From IMG/VR virus record IMGVR_UViG_3300017548_000080, positions 1 to 42,443 of that record: a stretch of 42,443 bases of DNA. The stretch is one strand, 5' to 3'. The notes beneath the pieces were generated by a model, which ran no database searches, had not been told where the DNA came from, and worked only from the letters and a program-made list of their open reading frames with translations. A program made the position numbers and the translations under genes. Of the stretch, positions 1-8,933 are shown one piece after another; the stretch's first letter is position 1; each line of letters begins with the position of its first letter. The stretch comes from a virus (taxonomy: Duplodnaviria > Caudoviricetes).

Positions 1-624
1 AACGACGGGATCGTCTCAACCGCCAGCCTCATCGTCGGCGTGGCGTCAGCTTCTGCGGGGCGATCGGAGATACTTGTGGCCGGGATCGCTGGTCTCGTCG
101 CTGGTGCGATGTCCATGGCGGCCGGCGAATATGTGTCCGTCAGCTCGCAATCGGACACTGAAAAGGCCGATCTGGAGCGGGAGCGGCTGGAGCTCGAAAC
201 CCAGCCGGAGTTCGAACGCGAAGAATTGGCACAAATTTACGTTGCGCGCGGTCTCGATAGCGATCTTGCGCACAAGGTTGCGGATCAGCTCATGGCAAAG
301 GATGCGCTCGGGGCACATGCACGCGATGAGCTTGGGATTTCCGATGTCACGACGGCAAAGCCTATTCAGGCGGCTTTGACCTCAGCAGCGACATTCTCCG
401 TTGGTGCTATCCTGCCCCTCATCGTCGTATCAATTTCTCCGACATCCATACTCGTGGCGACAGTCTCGATCGCCTCCCTGTTTTTCTTGGCTGCGCTTGG
501 TGCGCTGGGCGCCAGAGCTGGCGGAGCTGACATCACAAAAGCAACGCTTCGCGTGTCCTTCTGGGGTGCGCTCGCCATGGCTCTGACGGCCGCAATAGGT
601 TCTTTGGTCGGCACTGCGGTCTGA
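1..624 (+). CDS. VIT1/CCC1 family Fe/Mn transporter (5'-truncated by window edge)
   Basis: Frame is open from base 1 (NDGIVSTASLIVGVA...). Contains the family motifs NDG and AGAMSMAAGEYVSVSSQ, a cytoplasmic ELAQIYVARG...H..DELG segment and hydrophobic C-terminal helices. Confidence 0.92.
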   Translation, partial: NDGIVSTASLIVGVASASAGRSEILVAGIAGLVAGAMSMAAGEYVSVSSQSDTEKADLERERLELETQPEFEREELAQIYVARGLDSDLAHKVADQLMAKDALGAHARDELGISDVTTAKPIQAALTSAATFSVGAILPLIVVSISPTSILVATVSIASLFFLAALGALGARAGGADITKATLRVSFWGALAMALTAAIGSLVGTAV

Positions 625-706
625 GCTCATACACGCCGGCTCTTGACCGGCATCGATCAGCGCACTTGAATAAGTTCATGCCGCCTTCATCGAGGGAGAT
701 CGCGGG

Positions 707-886
707 ATGCTGAGATACCTGGAAGCTTATGCGGGCGTGTTCACGCCCGAGCAGGTAAAGCAGATGCAGGAGGAGATGGACCGTGACAGCGTACCAGGCG
801 AGAGCGAGGAAGATCGGGCTAAACGTGCGGAGAAGATCATCCTTCGCTACCAGACCACCGCGCAGCCAGATCCGAACCAAGCTTAG
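707..886 (+). CDS. small hypothetical protein (59 aa, not in ORF track)
   Basis: GAGGGAG RBS at 692-698, ATG at 707, TAG at 884-886. MLRYLEAYAGVFTPEQVKQMQEEMDRDSVPGESEEDRAKRAEKIILRYQTTAQPDPNQA. Converges on the terminator at 902-932. Confidence 0.55.
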   Translation: MLRYLEAYAGVFTPEQVKQMQEEMDRDSVPGESEEDRAKRAEKIILRYQTTAQPDPNQA

Positions 887-901
887 GCTTGCCTGAAACG
901 C

Positions 902-932
902 AAAAAGCCCCGCCGGCCGGAGCCAGCAGGGC
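902..932 (-). terminator. Rho-independent terminator closing the late/lysis operon (possibly bidirectional)
   Basis: Minus strand reads GCCCTGCTGGC-TCCG-GCCGGCGGGGC-TTTTT (11-bp stem with two G:U pairs plus U-tract), just downstream of the last lysis-module gene. Confidence 0.8.
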
Positions 933-1000
933 CAATTTTGCTGATGATGCGTTGTCTCAGGATACGCCCGCAAAACTGCGCGAGTGCGGAAAAGTTCCAC

Positions 1001-1378
1001 TCAAGGCGGCGGACGGCCGGTAATCCACGTGTAGGCGCCCACCGCCCAGCCTGCCGCGGTGACGATCGCAATGCCCAGCCGGATCAGCCAGCGCCCCAGC
1101 GTGCCCGCGCCCTGCGCCTTGGTGCGCAGTGTCGTCACCTCGACCGTCACCTTCTCCATGTCGTCGACCTTCCTCCGAATGGTCGACAAGTCTCCCTCCA
1201 GCCGGGTCGTCTGGGTCGACAAGTGATCGAGGCGAGAATGGAGCACTGCACGGCTTTGGTCCTGACGCTCAAGCCGATCCTCGATCCCGGAGAGCTTTCC
1301 GATCACCGTGCCGAGGGCACGTTCAATGTTGCTGTCTGGCAATATTCCCGCCCCTGCTACGGCTTCCACCCGCACCAC
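1001..1378 (-). CDS. DUF1515-like lysis-module membrane protein (coiled coil plus C-terminal TM); true start possibly TTG near 1342
   Basis: Heptad-rich region followed by GAGTLGRWLIRLGIAIVTAAGWAVGAYTW; last gene of the lysis cluster. Confidence 0.6.
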   Translation of the reverse strand: MVRVEAVAGAGILPDSNIERALGTVIGKLSGIEDRLERQDQSRAVLHSRLDHLSTQTTRLEGDLSTIRRKVDDMEKVTVEVTTLRTKAQGAGTLGRWLIRLGIAIVTAAGWAVGAYTWITGRPPP

Positions 1379-1551
1379 GCGGCGCCGATCCGGTTGTGCG
1401 TGTTGATGCGATCGAGCTCAGCGCGCGGCGTGCTTTCAGTCGCGTCCCGGCGCGGCTGGTTATGGTCGCACCAGATTTGCCGAGGATGGTCCGGAGCGGC
1501 CGTCGTGGTGCAGCCAGCCAGCATCAAGACGAGGATCAGCGCCTTGCCCAT
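1357..1551 (-). CDS. putative o-spanin (Rz1-like lipoprotein)
   Basis: Signal peptide with lipobox LAGC (MGKALILVLMLAG-C), 64 aa, overlaps the end of the i-spanin candidate. Confidence 0.72.
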   Translation of the reverse strand: MGKALILVLMLAGCTTTAAPDHPRQIWCDHNQPRRDATESTPRAELDRINTHNRIGAAWCGWKP

Positions 1552-1796
1552 TTCATCGCCTCCTTCCGCGCCTCATCATCAGACATGCCAGCGGCTTCCC
1601 GCTCGGCAGCATTCGCCTCGCGGTGCATCTCAAGCTGCTCTTCCTTCGATGTGACCTGATCCTTGAGCGACTTGTTCTCAGCCTTGGCGGCGCCGTCACG
1701 GCGTCCCTTGAAGTAGAGTGCGACGGCGCCGACAAGCGCCGCGAGGAGGCCGGCAATCAGACTGTTGCCGGTGAGCAGGGAAACGAGCGCTTCCAT
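1536..1796 (-). CDS. putative i-spanin (Rz-like), 86 aa
   Basis: ATG at 1796 overlaps the upstream stop (TGATG). N-terminal TM (LIAGLLAALVGAVALYF) followed by a charged coiled coil; precedes the lipoprotein gene. Confidence 0.68.
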   Translation of the reverse strand: MEALVSLLTGNSLIAGLLAALVGAVALYFKGRRDGAAKAENKSLKDQVTSKEEQLEMHREANAAEREAAGMSDDEARKEAMKWARR

Positions 1797-1996
1797 CAGC
1801 GGCTCCATCCAAACTGACGGGCCAGCCAGTACCAGCCCTCGCTGATGAATGGCGCGACGACGCCGAGGCCGAGCGAGACCCACTGCGCGATCTCGGGATC
1901 GGCAATGAGGTCCGCTGCCTCGTTCTCGTGGATCAGCCCGAAGTAGAGCAGTGGGAATGTCGCGTAACGCAGGAAGATGCGGATGATGGGCGCCAT
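1796..1996 (-). CDS. putative holin
   Basis: 66 aa with two hydrophobic segments, directly downstream of the endolysin. Confidence 0.55.
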   Translation of the reverse strand: MAPIIRIFLRYATFPLLYFGLIHENEAADLIADPEIAQWVSLGLGVVAPFISEGWYWLARQFGWSR

Positions 1997-1998
1997 GC

Positions 1999-2550
1999 TC
2001 AGCCCCTCCCGAAGATGATGTTGATGAGACGCTGCCAGAAGCCCACCGCAGGCGCTGGCGCAGGCGCCGGCACGGTAGGAGCTGCCGCCGTTCCCGCCGG
2101 CGTGAGGAACTGCTTGCGCTCATCCTCGCGACGCGTCGTGAGCCCCTTGATGGCCACTTTCTTCCCGCCCTGGGTTATCTTGTTCCAGACGCGGAATTGA
2201 TCGGCCGCCCCCGCCCGGTCGCCTGCATTGAGCTTGCGCAACAGCGTCGAGTTGCGGAACGCACCCGCCCCGATGTTGAAGACCAGCGACACGAGCGCAT
2301 CGAACTCGTTCTGGTTCAGCGGCACCTTGACGGCGGCGGTCACATCACGCTCGACGGCCGCCAGATCGCGCGACAGAATTTCGTCCGACTGGGCAGCGGT
2401 GATCTTCATGCCCTTGGTGACCTTGGGCTCACCGGCGGCAGACGTGTGGCCGACGCCGATCGTCCAGATGCCGGCACTATCCTGATATGCGATGAGCTTG
2501 TTGCCCTCGCGCCGGGCAATAGCAGCCCGGCCAGTGGAACTGGTCTTCAT
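1999..2550 (-). CDS. endolysin, GH24 phage lysozyme
   Basis: REG..L.AYQDSAGIWTIGVGHT (E-D-T catalytic triad), LNQNEFDALVSLVFNIG, STLLRKLN, GLTTRREDE. Confidence 0.93.
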   Translation of the reverse strand: MKTSSTGRAAIARREGNKLIAYQDSAGIWTIGVGHTSAAGEPKVTKGMKITAAQSDEILSRDLAAVERDVTAAVKVPLNQNEFDALVSLVFNIGAGAFRNSTLLRKLNAGDRAGAADQFRVWNKITQGGKKVAIKGLTTRREDERKQFLTPAGTAAAPTVPAPAPAPAVGFWQRLINIIFGRG

Positions 2551-2642
2551 AGGGGGTTCTCCCGGATGTGAGGTGGAGGGCTAGGCGGTCAGCAAATGCG
2601 GAGGGTTGCCGCAGCGGCAGCCGTGGCTATGCTCCGGTCGCG

Positions 2643-3428
2643 CTACACGTCCATCCCGTAAGCAAACCGGGCGTGGCGGATGATGTTGAAGTAGGCTTCC
2701 GAGCCAAAGATATCGCCCTCGAACCACGCCCATTCGTCAAACGAACCGACGAAACAAACGCCCGCGCTGTTGCCGAGCGCGCCGATCAGCGGGCCACTGG
2801 AACCCGTCGTGCCAACCATCGGCTTGTCGGCCAGCCGCTCGCCATTCGCCCACAGCTTGGCATGCGTGGTGCCGAGACCGGCGATGCAGGCGAATCGCTG
2901 ACCGATCGACACGTTCTTGCGCATGCCGCCAGTGTTCACGGAGCCGATCAACCAGCAAAGCTGCGAATTGTCATAGTCCATCGCGATCATGGCGCGCGTG
3001 GTTCCGTTGGTGAACCGGCCGAAAGCACCGATGGCGGTGCCGGTGCTTGCTTGCGGAGTGGCGAACAGCACCAGGGTGCAGGGTCCTGCGGCCATGGTAA
3101 TATTCGCCAGCGTGTATGCCGAGAAGGCATCATTACCCGGCGTGCGCAGAACGCCGACCTGATGGCCGCCAAGCTCGGCCACGTCATAGACACCGCGCTT
3201 CGTGTTGTCCGCCTGCGTGAAGGTGCCGGCTCCGCCCTTCATGTCGAGGAAGGTGACAATCTCGCCACCGTCTTCGACAATGAGATTGGCGGGCGACTTC
3301 TCCACGCGCCACCAACCCTTGCAGCGCGAATCGGCCATTGCCAACTCCGCGTAGCTGACGTTTTTCCCAAGTAAGGGATCGGTGGTTTCGATCCCGTCGA
3401 TGATGATGCCGCGCCTGTTGGTGCTCAT
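2643..3428 (-). CDS. tail-associated hypothetical protein (beta-rich, possibly lectin/LamG-like)
   Basis: 261 aa ORF immediately after the tailspike gene, same strand, beta-strand-like composition; fold is a guess. Confidence 0.55.
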   Translation of the reverse strand: MSTNRRGIIIDGIETTDPLLGKNVSYAELAMADSRCKGWWRVEKSPANLIVEDGGEIVTFLDMKGGAGTFTQADNTKRGVYDVAELGGHQVGVLRTPGNDAFSAYTLANITMAAGPCTLVLFATPQASTGTAIGAFGRFTNGTTRAMIAMDYDNSQLCWLIGSVNTGGMRKNVSIGQRFACIAGLGTTHAKLWANGERLADKPMVGTTGSSGPLIGALGNSAGVCFVGSFDEWAWFEGDIFGSEAYFNIIRHARFAYGMDV

Positions 3429-3429
3429 G

Positions 3430-5688
3430 TCAGATCTCCTTCTCGAAACCGACCGCGTAGAAACGAATATTGCTCGGCACGGCGAAGCCGAGCCGGTTGA
3501 ACGTGCTTTGCTGCGACGACTGGCTCATCAGAAGGCCACGGCCTAGCGCCCATGCGCCCGAGCCTGTCGCGGTGTGCGTGCTGATCGCGTAGGAAACAAT
3601 TACTCCCGCGCCGGGATCGGCCGAGAGCGTGATGCGGACCTTGTTCGAGCCGACGAAGGTCACCGACGAAATCGTCAGCGGCGTGTTGTCGGAGGCCAGC
3701 CGGACTTTGAAACCCTTCGTGGCGGCGATGCCCGTGCCGTCGATCCAGTCGGCATCCCACGCCAGAGCGCCGCCGGTCGGCGGGATATGGAATGTGATGT
3801 CCACATTCGCCCCGCTGCGCTCCAGCAGCGTCGGGCGCACCGGTCCGGTGAACAGCCCGCGACGGCGCAGGTGGCGGACATAGCCGACCGTCTCGCCGAA
3901 CATGAGCGTGCCCGGCAACGTGCGGTGGATGCCGTCGCCCATTGGGTGCGGGTAGTCTGGCAGTGCGAGGAGCAGGCCGGCCGTTTCAGTTTCGTGAACG
4001 TCAAGCTGCGCAAGCCTGATATTGTTTAGCCCGTTCTCCGGATCGGCATACCATGCGCTCGGCGCGATCTGCACAAACAGCATGTCCGGAAGTCCGGCCT
4101 GCCCCGTCGCCGTTTCGACTGCCGACCGTTGCGACGCAGCATAGGCGGCGAAGTCAGCGACGTAGCCCGCCCGGTTGAATGCCACGGCGGCGTCGGGGTT
4201 CGCGTTGCGCCCGCTTTCGCCCTGATCGAACACGATGGCGCTGCAATTGATGCCGCGCTCGTAGGTCTCGTGCAGCCGCGTCTTCGCGAACGTGCAGAAC
4301 TTACCGACGTTGGTGAAAGAGTTGGTGCCAGACACGAAATTGTCGAGCGGCTTGCCGCCCTCCCAGGACGTGAACACCAGCCGGCCGGGGCGTTTGAGGC
4401 CCGCATCCGCATCGAACTGGTCTTCGGCCCAGGCAGCCACCGACAAAGGAAAGGTGCCATAGTCGTCAGGCGCATCGTCCGTGAGCGCCCGCAGCGCGCC
4501 GAAGGCGCCATCGGAAGCGACCGAGCTCGCGTAGTGATATGCCTTTCCCTCGAAGGCGAGCACCGTGTGCGGGAAAAGCGCCTTGTTGGTGGCAAGGCCG
4601 TTGTCGAAGGGCGCGCCCATCTTCGACTGGCCGATGCCGATCACGACGTCGACTGGCCCGGTCGTAACCGTCAGGCCGAGCGGCGCGTCGTTAGCGACCA
4701 GGCGCACGTCGATGCGCTCGCCGTGATCGGTTACCGGCAGGATGTAGCTGCCATCTGCCAGCGGCCGCGGCGCGCCTGCGATCACCTCGGCAGGCAGGCC
4801 GAGCACGTCCGGCGAAATATACGACAGGCCGGCCACGTTCAGCCGCGCCGCGATGTCGGCGATCGTGTCGGCGCCGAGCGCGATCTCAACTCTGCCGTCA
4901 TGGCGCAGGCCGATGGCGACTTTGTCGTTTACCTTCACGAGTTCGAGCGCGAAGGGCGCGCCGCGAGGATTCACCTGCCTCGCCACCAGCGTCAGCCCGC
5001 CTACGCGCAGCCCCCCGCCATGCTCGAAGCCAGCAAGGACGCGATCCTCCCCATCGAGGAGCGGCAGCGCCACCTGCGGCCTGTTGCGCGGGGAGTCCGA
5101 TGGCACGATCCAGGCCAGCAGACTGACAGCCAGCGCGCCCAGGTAGCGATCAAAGGCCGCGACCATGCGACCATCGCCATCTTCAAAGGCAAAGGGAAAA
5201 CGCACCTCGTCGCGAGGGCTCACTTCCGCGGTGTTGAAGAGATTGGCTGTGACATCCTTCAGCGCAGCCGTGTCGGCGTCGGCATCGTCGAGCCGATCGC
5301 CAAGCGTATCCTCATCGCCGCGAGCGGCCACCATCTCCGCCGTCAGGCCCGCTACGTCCTGATATGCGTCGACACGCTGCCATTTGACTGGGTTCGGCCC
5401 TGCCGCCACCCAGGCATAGGTGCCTCCATTCGGCACCGTGCCGCCGACGACAGGATCGGTATGCGTGCCGGTGTCAGAGTTCGGCACCAGGCCGCGCTGC
5501 CCGTCGCGCGTGCCCTCGACGGCCGCAAGTTCCGCCCATGTCGCCTTGGTCACGCTGTCGGCGTCGATCTGTATCGAGTCGAGCCGGTTCTCGATATCCG
5601 TCCCCCACTTCCGGATTTGCTCCTTGGGGGGCTCATTCGGGGACGACGAGGGGCCGTCAGCCCATATGTCGGCTGCACGAGGTGCCAT
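3430..5688 (-). CDS. tailspike/receptor-binding protein with SGNH (sialate O-acetylesterase-like) domain
   Basis: ATG at 5688 with AAGGAAG RBS (MAPRAADIWADGP). Motifs IGIGQSKM, FDQGES and DGIH match the GQSN/QGES/DxxH blocks. Located after the tail tip gene. Confidence 0.75.
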   Translation of the reverse strand: MAPRAADIWADGPSSSPNEPPKEQIRKWGTDIENRLDSIQIDADSVTKATWAELAAVEGTRDGQRGLVPNSDTGTHTDPVVGGTVPNGGTYAWVAAGPNPVKWQRVDAYQDVAGLTAEMVAARGDEDTLGDRLDDADADTAALKDVTANLFNTAEVSPRDEVRFPFAFEDGDGRMVAAFDRYLGALAVSLLAWIVPSDSPRNRPQVALPLLDGEDRVLAGFEHGGGLRVGGLTLVARQVNPRGAPFALELVKVNDKVAIGLRHDGRVEIALGADTIADIAARLNVAGLSYISPDVLGLPAEVIAGAPRPLADGSYILPVTDHGERIDVRLVANDAPLGLTVTTGPVDVVIGIGQSKMGAPFDNGLATNKALFPHTVLAFEGKAYHYASSVASDGAFGALRALTDDAPDDYGTFPLSVAAWAEDQFDADAGLKRPGRLVFTSWEGGKPLDNFVSGTNSFTNVGKFCTFAKTRLHETYERGINCSAIVFDQGESGRNANPDAAVAFNRAGYVADFAAYAASQRSAVETATGQAGLPDMLFVQIAPSAWYADPENGLNNIRLAQLDVHETETAGLLLALPDYPHPMGDGIHRTLPGTLMFGETVGYVRHLRRRGLFTGPVRPTLLERSGANVDITFHIPPTGGALAWDADWIDGTGIAATKGFKVRLASDNTPLTISSVTFVGSNKVRITLSADPGAGVIVSYAISTHTATGSGAWALGRGLLMSQSSQQSTFNRLGFAVPSNIRFYAVGFEKEI

Positions 5689-5699
5689 GGCTCTTCCTT

Positions 5700-7901
5700 T
5701 TAGGACGGAGACGAAACGGTGATGTTGAGCGCGGCGGAGGGTGCGCCTTCGACGCCGGAAGCGTTCTCGGGGACGGCGTAGAAGTCCCAACTGCCGGCGC
5801 TCATCGGCTCATTGCGGGCGTAGGTCGTCGTGGCGGTGATGCCGTTCCAGCGCTTGAAGAGGTGAGTTGCCTTGTTGAGCGGAGCACCCGCGGGTGCGCG
5901 ATAAAGCGCGACGCGCGCCACGTTCGGATCATTCCCGGTCTCGAAGCTGAAGGTCGCCGTCTCCAACCCGCCGACCGCGGTGAACGACACCAGCGGCTGC
6001 GGCGCGTTCGGATTCGCGATCGACGTGACCATTGTGGAGGGCGACCATGGGCCTCGACTGCCGGACGGGCCGTCGAATGCTGCCTGCACTTCCAGCTCGA
6101 CATCCGGCGGCACCGGGTTGGTCGCCAGCTTCATCAGACCCGCTTCTTCCTCAGCATCCTCGTGCCGCTGCTCGATCCATGGTCCGGGTGCCCCGGTTCC
6201 GATATCGGCGACGCGGTATCGGGTGATGGGCGTCAGGTCATCGCGGTTCGGCGCGATGATGATGACCTCCAGCACCACCGCCCCGCTATAGGGAACGACA
6301 TTGATCGTATCGATCGTCGGCGCCGGCAGGGAACTGTTGGTCGGCCGCGGCGGGATCGGCGGCGCCGCGCCTTCATCCGTTGCGGGGTTCCACTCGTCGA
6401 TGTTCTCGGGATGCCTGATGAACTGGATCTTGAACGCCGCATTCGGCAGCGAGATCACCGCCTTCCGGTTTTCGACGATAGTTCCGTTCAGGCGCGGCAA
6501 TCGTTTCGGTGTGTCGAGCCGTATCCACCGGCTGTAGACCGCGTTGACGGCCGAGAGCCGGCAGTCGAGATTGCCCCGCGCGCGCTCCCTGATGCGCAGC
6601 CATTCGCGTTTCGTCAGCCGCCGCGCCTGCCGCCACTGGTGAACCCATGGCAGTTCGCAAGATTGCTGCAGCACGCGCCCATCCGCGATCTGCGCATCCA
6701 CATCCTCGAAGAAGTCGGCGTCCGACGTGGTGTAGTCCGTGGCGGGATAGGTGAACTTCGGCACCAGCCTGTTGATCGCCTCTTCCTCGGCCACGCCCAT
6801 CTGGATTTGGTGACCGATGATCTCGGCATCGGTGATGGTGGTGACCAGCTCCTCGCGGAACTTGCCGACACGCAGGATTTGCGCACCGTCGCCGCGCCGG
6901 CAGAGCCAGCCGTCGCAGGCGGCCAGGATGGAATTCTTGACAGCGACGGGATCGGTCTCGGTGGTGCCCCAGCCGTTCACCTCATAGCGTTTCTCGGTGC
7001 CGCCGGAGGCGCGCGGAACATCCTCGTCGCAGATGTCCGCTTCCTCGGTCCAGATATCCAGCACCGGCAGCAGCGCCTTGCGATAATCCTCCTGCTCGCC
7101 GAATGGATTGAAGCAGAGCTGCCATGCCAGCGCGACTGCCGCGTTCTTCGAGAACTTCCACGTCTCGGGGTCCTCCGGGTCCTGTTCCGGATCGCGCCAG
7201 TCCCACATCAGCGCCAGATCGGCCTCAACCGAGGGAGAAGGCGGGCCGAACGGATAGATGGTCGAGAACTCTTTCTGCTTGACCGACCGGCATTCCATTG
7301 CAAGCGAGGCTTGCCCGTCGCCGCGATGGTCGTTGGTCCAGATGTCGTCGGATGACAGCGCCGCGACGACGTTGGCGTAGGGTGTCTCCGGGACAACCCC
7401 GAGGCGCGTCTGAATGTCGATCGTGTTGCCGTTGTAGCGCCTGTCGGCCCCCACTTGCACCTTTGTGCCGGAGAGCGTGACGATGTCATCGTTCAGCCAG
7501 TAGCGCTTGATCTCCGCGATACGATGAGCGCAGAGCGCGTTGACCATGTAGAGGTAGTTGTTCTTCGCCTCCCACAGCATGCAGGAACCGGCGATCCGGT
7601 TGGTGCCGATCCCGTAGACCCTATACGGTATCGGCTGGAGCTTCGCATTGCGCGCATCCTCAGCCTTCGGCGGCTTCGGCATGAACAGCATCTGAAGGCC
7701 GACCGTGACGGCGGTGACCGTCAGCGCTGTGAGCGCCGGCACCAGAATGGCAAGGCCGGTCGCGCCGACGCCCAGCGATGTCAGGCCGAGCAGGATCCAT
7801 GTCTCGATGATGCCGGTGCGCATGGTGCGCGCGGCAATCGCCATCTGCGACGCGCCCGAGAGCAGCGACGCTTCATGTGCGAGAACCAGGTTCTTACGCA
7901 T
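5700..7901 (-). CDS. tail tip / host specificity protein (gpJ-like)
   Basis: 733 aa with N-terminal hydrophobic/YG..RIAG segment, W.FSKNAA..L, RYEVNG and a C-terminal FN3-like region; typical position in the tail module. Confidence 0.75.
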   Translation of the reverse strand: MRKNLVLAHEASLLSGASQMAIAARTMRTGIIETWILLGLTSLGVGATGLAILVPALTALTVTAVTVGLQMLFMPKPPKAEDARNAKLQPIPYRVYGIGTNRIAGSCMLWEAKNNYLYMVNALCAHRIAEIKRYWLNDDIVTLSGTKVQVGADRRYNGNTIDIQTRLGVVPETPYANVVAALSSDDIWTNDHRGDGQASLAMECRSVKQKEFSTIYPFGPPSPSVEADLALMWDWRDPEQDPEDPETWKFSKNAAVALAWQLCFNPFGEQEDYRKALLPVLDIWTEEADICDEDVPRASGGTEKRYEVNGWGTTETDPVAVKNSILAACDGWLCRRGDGAQILRVGKFREELVTTITDAEIIGHQIQMGVAEEEAINRLVPKFTYPATDYTTSDADFFEDVDAQIADGRVLQQSCELPWVHQWRQARRLTKREWLRIRERARGNLDCRLSAVNAVYSRWIRLDTPKRLPRLNGTIVENRKAVISLPNAAFKIQFIRHPENIDEWNPATDEGAAPPIPPRPTNSSLPAPTIDTINVVPYSGAVVLEVIIIAPNRDDLTPITRYRVADIGTGAPGPWIEQRHEDAEEEAGLMKLATNPVPPDVELEVQAAFDGPSGSRGPWSPSTMVTSIANPNAPQPLVSFTAVGGLETATFSFETGNDPNVARVALYRAPAGAPLNKATHLFKRWNGITATTTYARNEPMSAGSWDFYAVPENASGVEGAPSAALNITVSSPS

Positions 7902-8316
7902 CGAAACGCCACACCGCCTTGTGCATGAACTTCCCGGAGATCAGCCCGACCGGCGTTCGGGCGATCCAGCGTCGCTTTTCGGCCCACCAGATCGCCGGCG
8001 TTGCGGTGCGCAGCCCCAGCGCCCCCGCCGGGCAGTCGATCACACCGATGTCGAAGTCGCGCCACGGCCCGTCGCGATAGGACCAGCGTCGCCAGCCGAT
8101 CGCCTCCAGCCGCGCTCCGATGAAAGCCTCCATGCCGCCTGCCGCCGCGACGATAGCCATGGCCTCCGCTTCGGTGGAATAGGTCCCGCGAATGCCCTTG
8201 CCCGGATCACGTCCCGAGACGACCATCGCGGCATCAGCGCAGAACAGGCTGCAATCGAGCACGCCCCATTGCCAGCGGCGGCGCGTGGCGCCGTCGAGAA
8301 AGGCTTCAACCGTCAT
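7894..8316 (-). CDS. tail-tip NlpC/P60-like protein
   Basis: Likely start MTVEAFL at 8316 (ACAGGA RBS); WQWGVLDCSLFCAD motif; lies between hub and tip genes. Confidence 0.7.
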   Translation of the reverse strand: MTVEAFLDGATRRRWQWGVLDCSLFCADAAMVVSGRDPGKGIRGTYSTEAEAMAIVAAAGGMEAFIGARLEAIGWRRWSYRDGPWRDFDIGVIDCPAGALGLRTATPAIWWAEKRRWIARTPVGLISGKFMHKAVWRFDA

Positions 8317-8327
8317 GAAGTGTCCTG

Positions 8328-8933
8328 TCAGTACCGAGGCCATGCCGGTGCGACGCCGCGCGCCAGCCGCGCCGTGCCGTCGCAAAATGCATCGCCGGGA
8401 TGCATCGCCCGCTGCTGTGCGCCCGACCAAAGGATTTGTGTATTGCGGCTTCGTGTCGCCTTGCCGGACGAGGCCGACAGCGCCAGCGTCACAGTCGGCG
8501 TCTCATGCCCCTTCACCGCCGGCATACTCTCGACAATGAACGAGCCCGTTCCAGTCCAGAGCGGGATGATCTTGCTCATGGGCTGGTAATAGTCGTCGAG
8601 CGTCGTGAAGCCGACATGCATGGCAGCGCCGCGAATGGCCTGGCTCCACTCCTCGATGTCGAGCCGGTCCGCTTCCTCCGGATCGATACCGGAAAGGACG
8701 AACTCGACGCGATCGGCGACGCCGTTAATCAGGACTTCAAGGTCCGGGATGTTCGCCAGCCGGCCGGCACCGAGATAGACCGCGCCTTCCGGATCAATGC
8801 TCTCGAAGCCGATCGGAATATCGTTTACGCCGACGCAGATTCGCAGCGGCGGATCAATGTCAAGGCGAAGGTAGATGCCGAGCATATTGCTCTGGCGCAG
8901 CGCCTCGACGATGTTGTCAGGAACCCAGCCCAT
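8328..8933 (-). CDS. minor tail (hub/gpL-like) protein
   Basis: 201 aa, Y.GAG.L motif, C-terminal QQRAMHPGDAFC, position in the tail module. Confidence 0.65.
   Translation of the reverse strand: MGWVPDNIVEALRQSNMLGIYLRLDIDPPLRICVGVNDIPIGFESIDPEGAVYLGAGRLANIPDLEVLINGVADRVEFVLSGIDPEEADRLDIEEWSQAIRGAAMHVGFTTLDDYYQPMSKIIPLWTGTGSFIVESMPAVKGHETPTVTLALSASSGKATRSRNTQILWSGAQQRAMHPGDAFCDGTARLARGVAPAWPRY

Noticed and set aside
2643-7901. A third VR in the tail fibre or tip genes
   Set aside because: No TR-like sequence, GC tract/IMH or GCCTGCGC hairpin was seen on either strand by eye; a BLASTN of TR against the genome would confirm.
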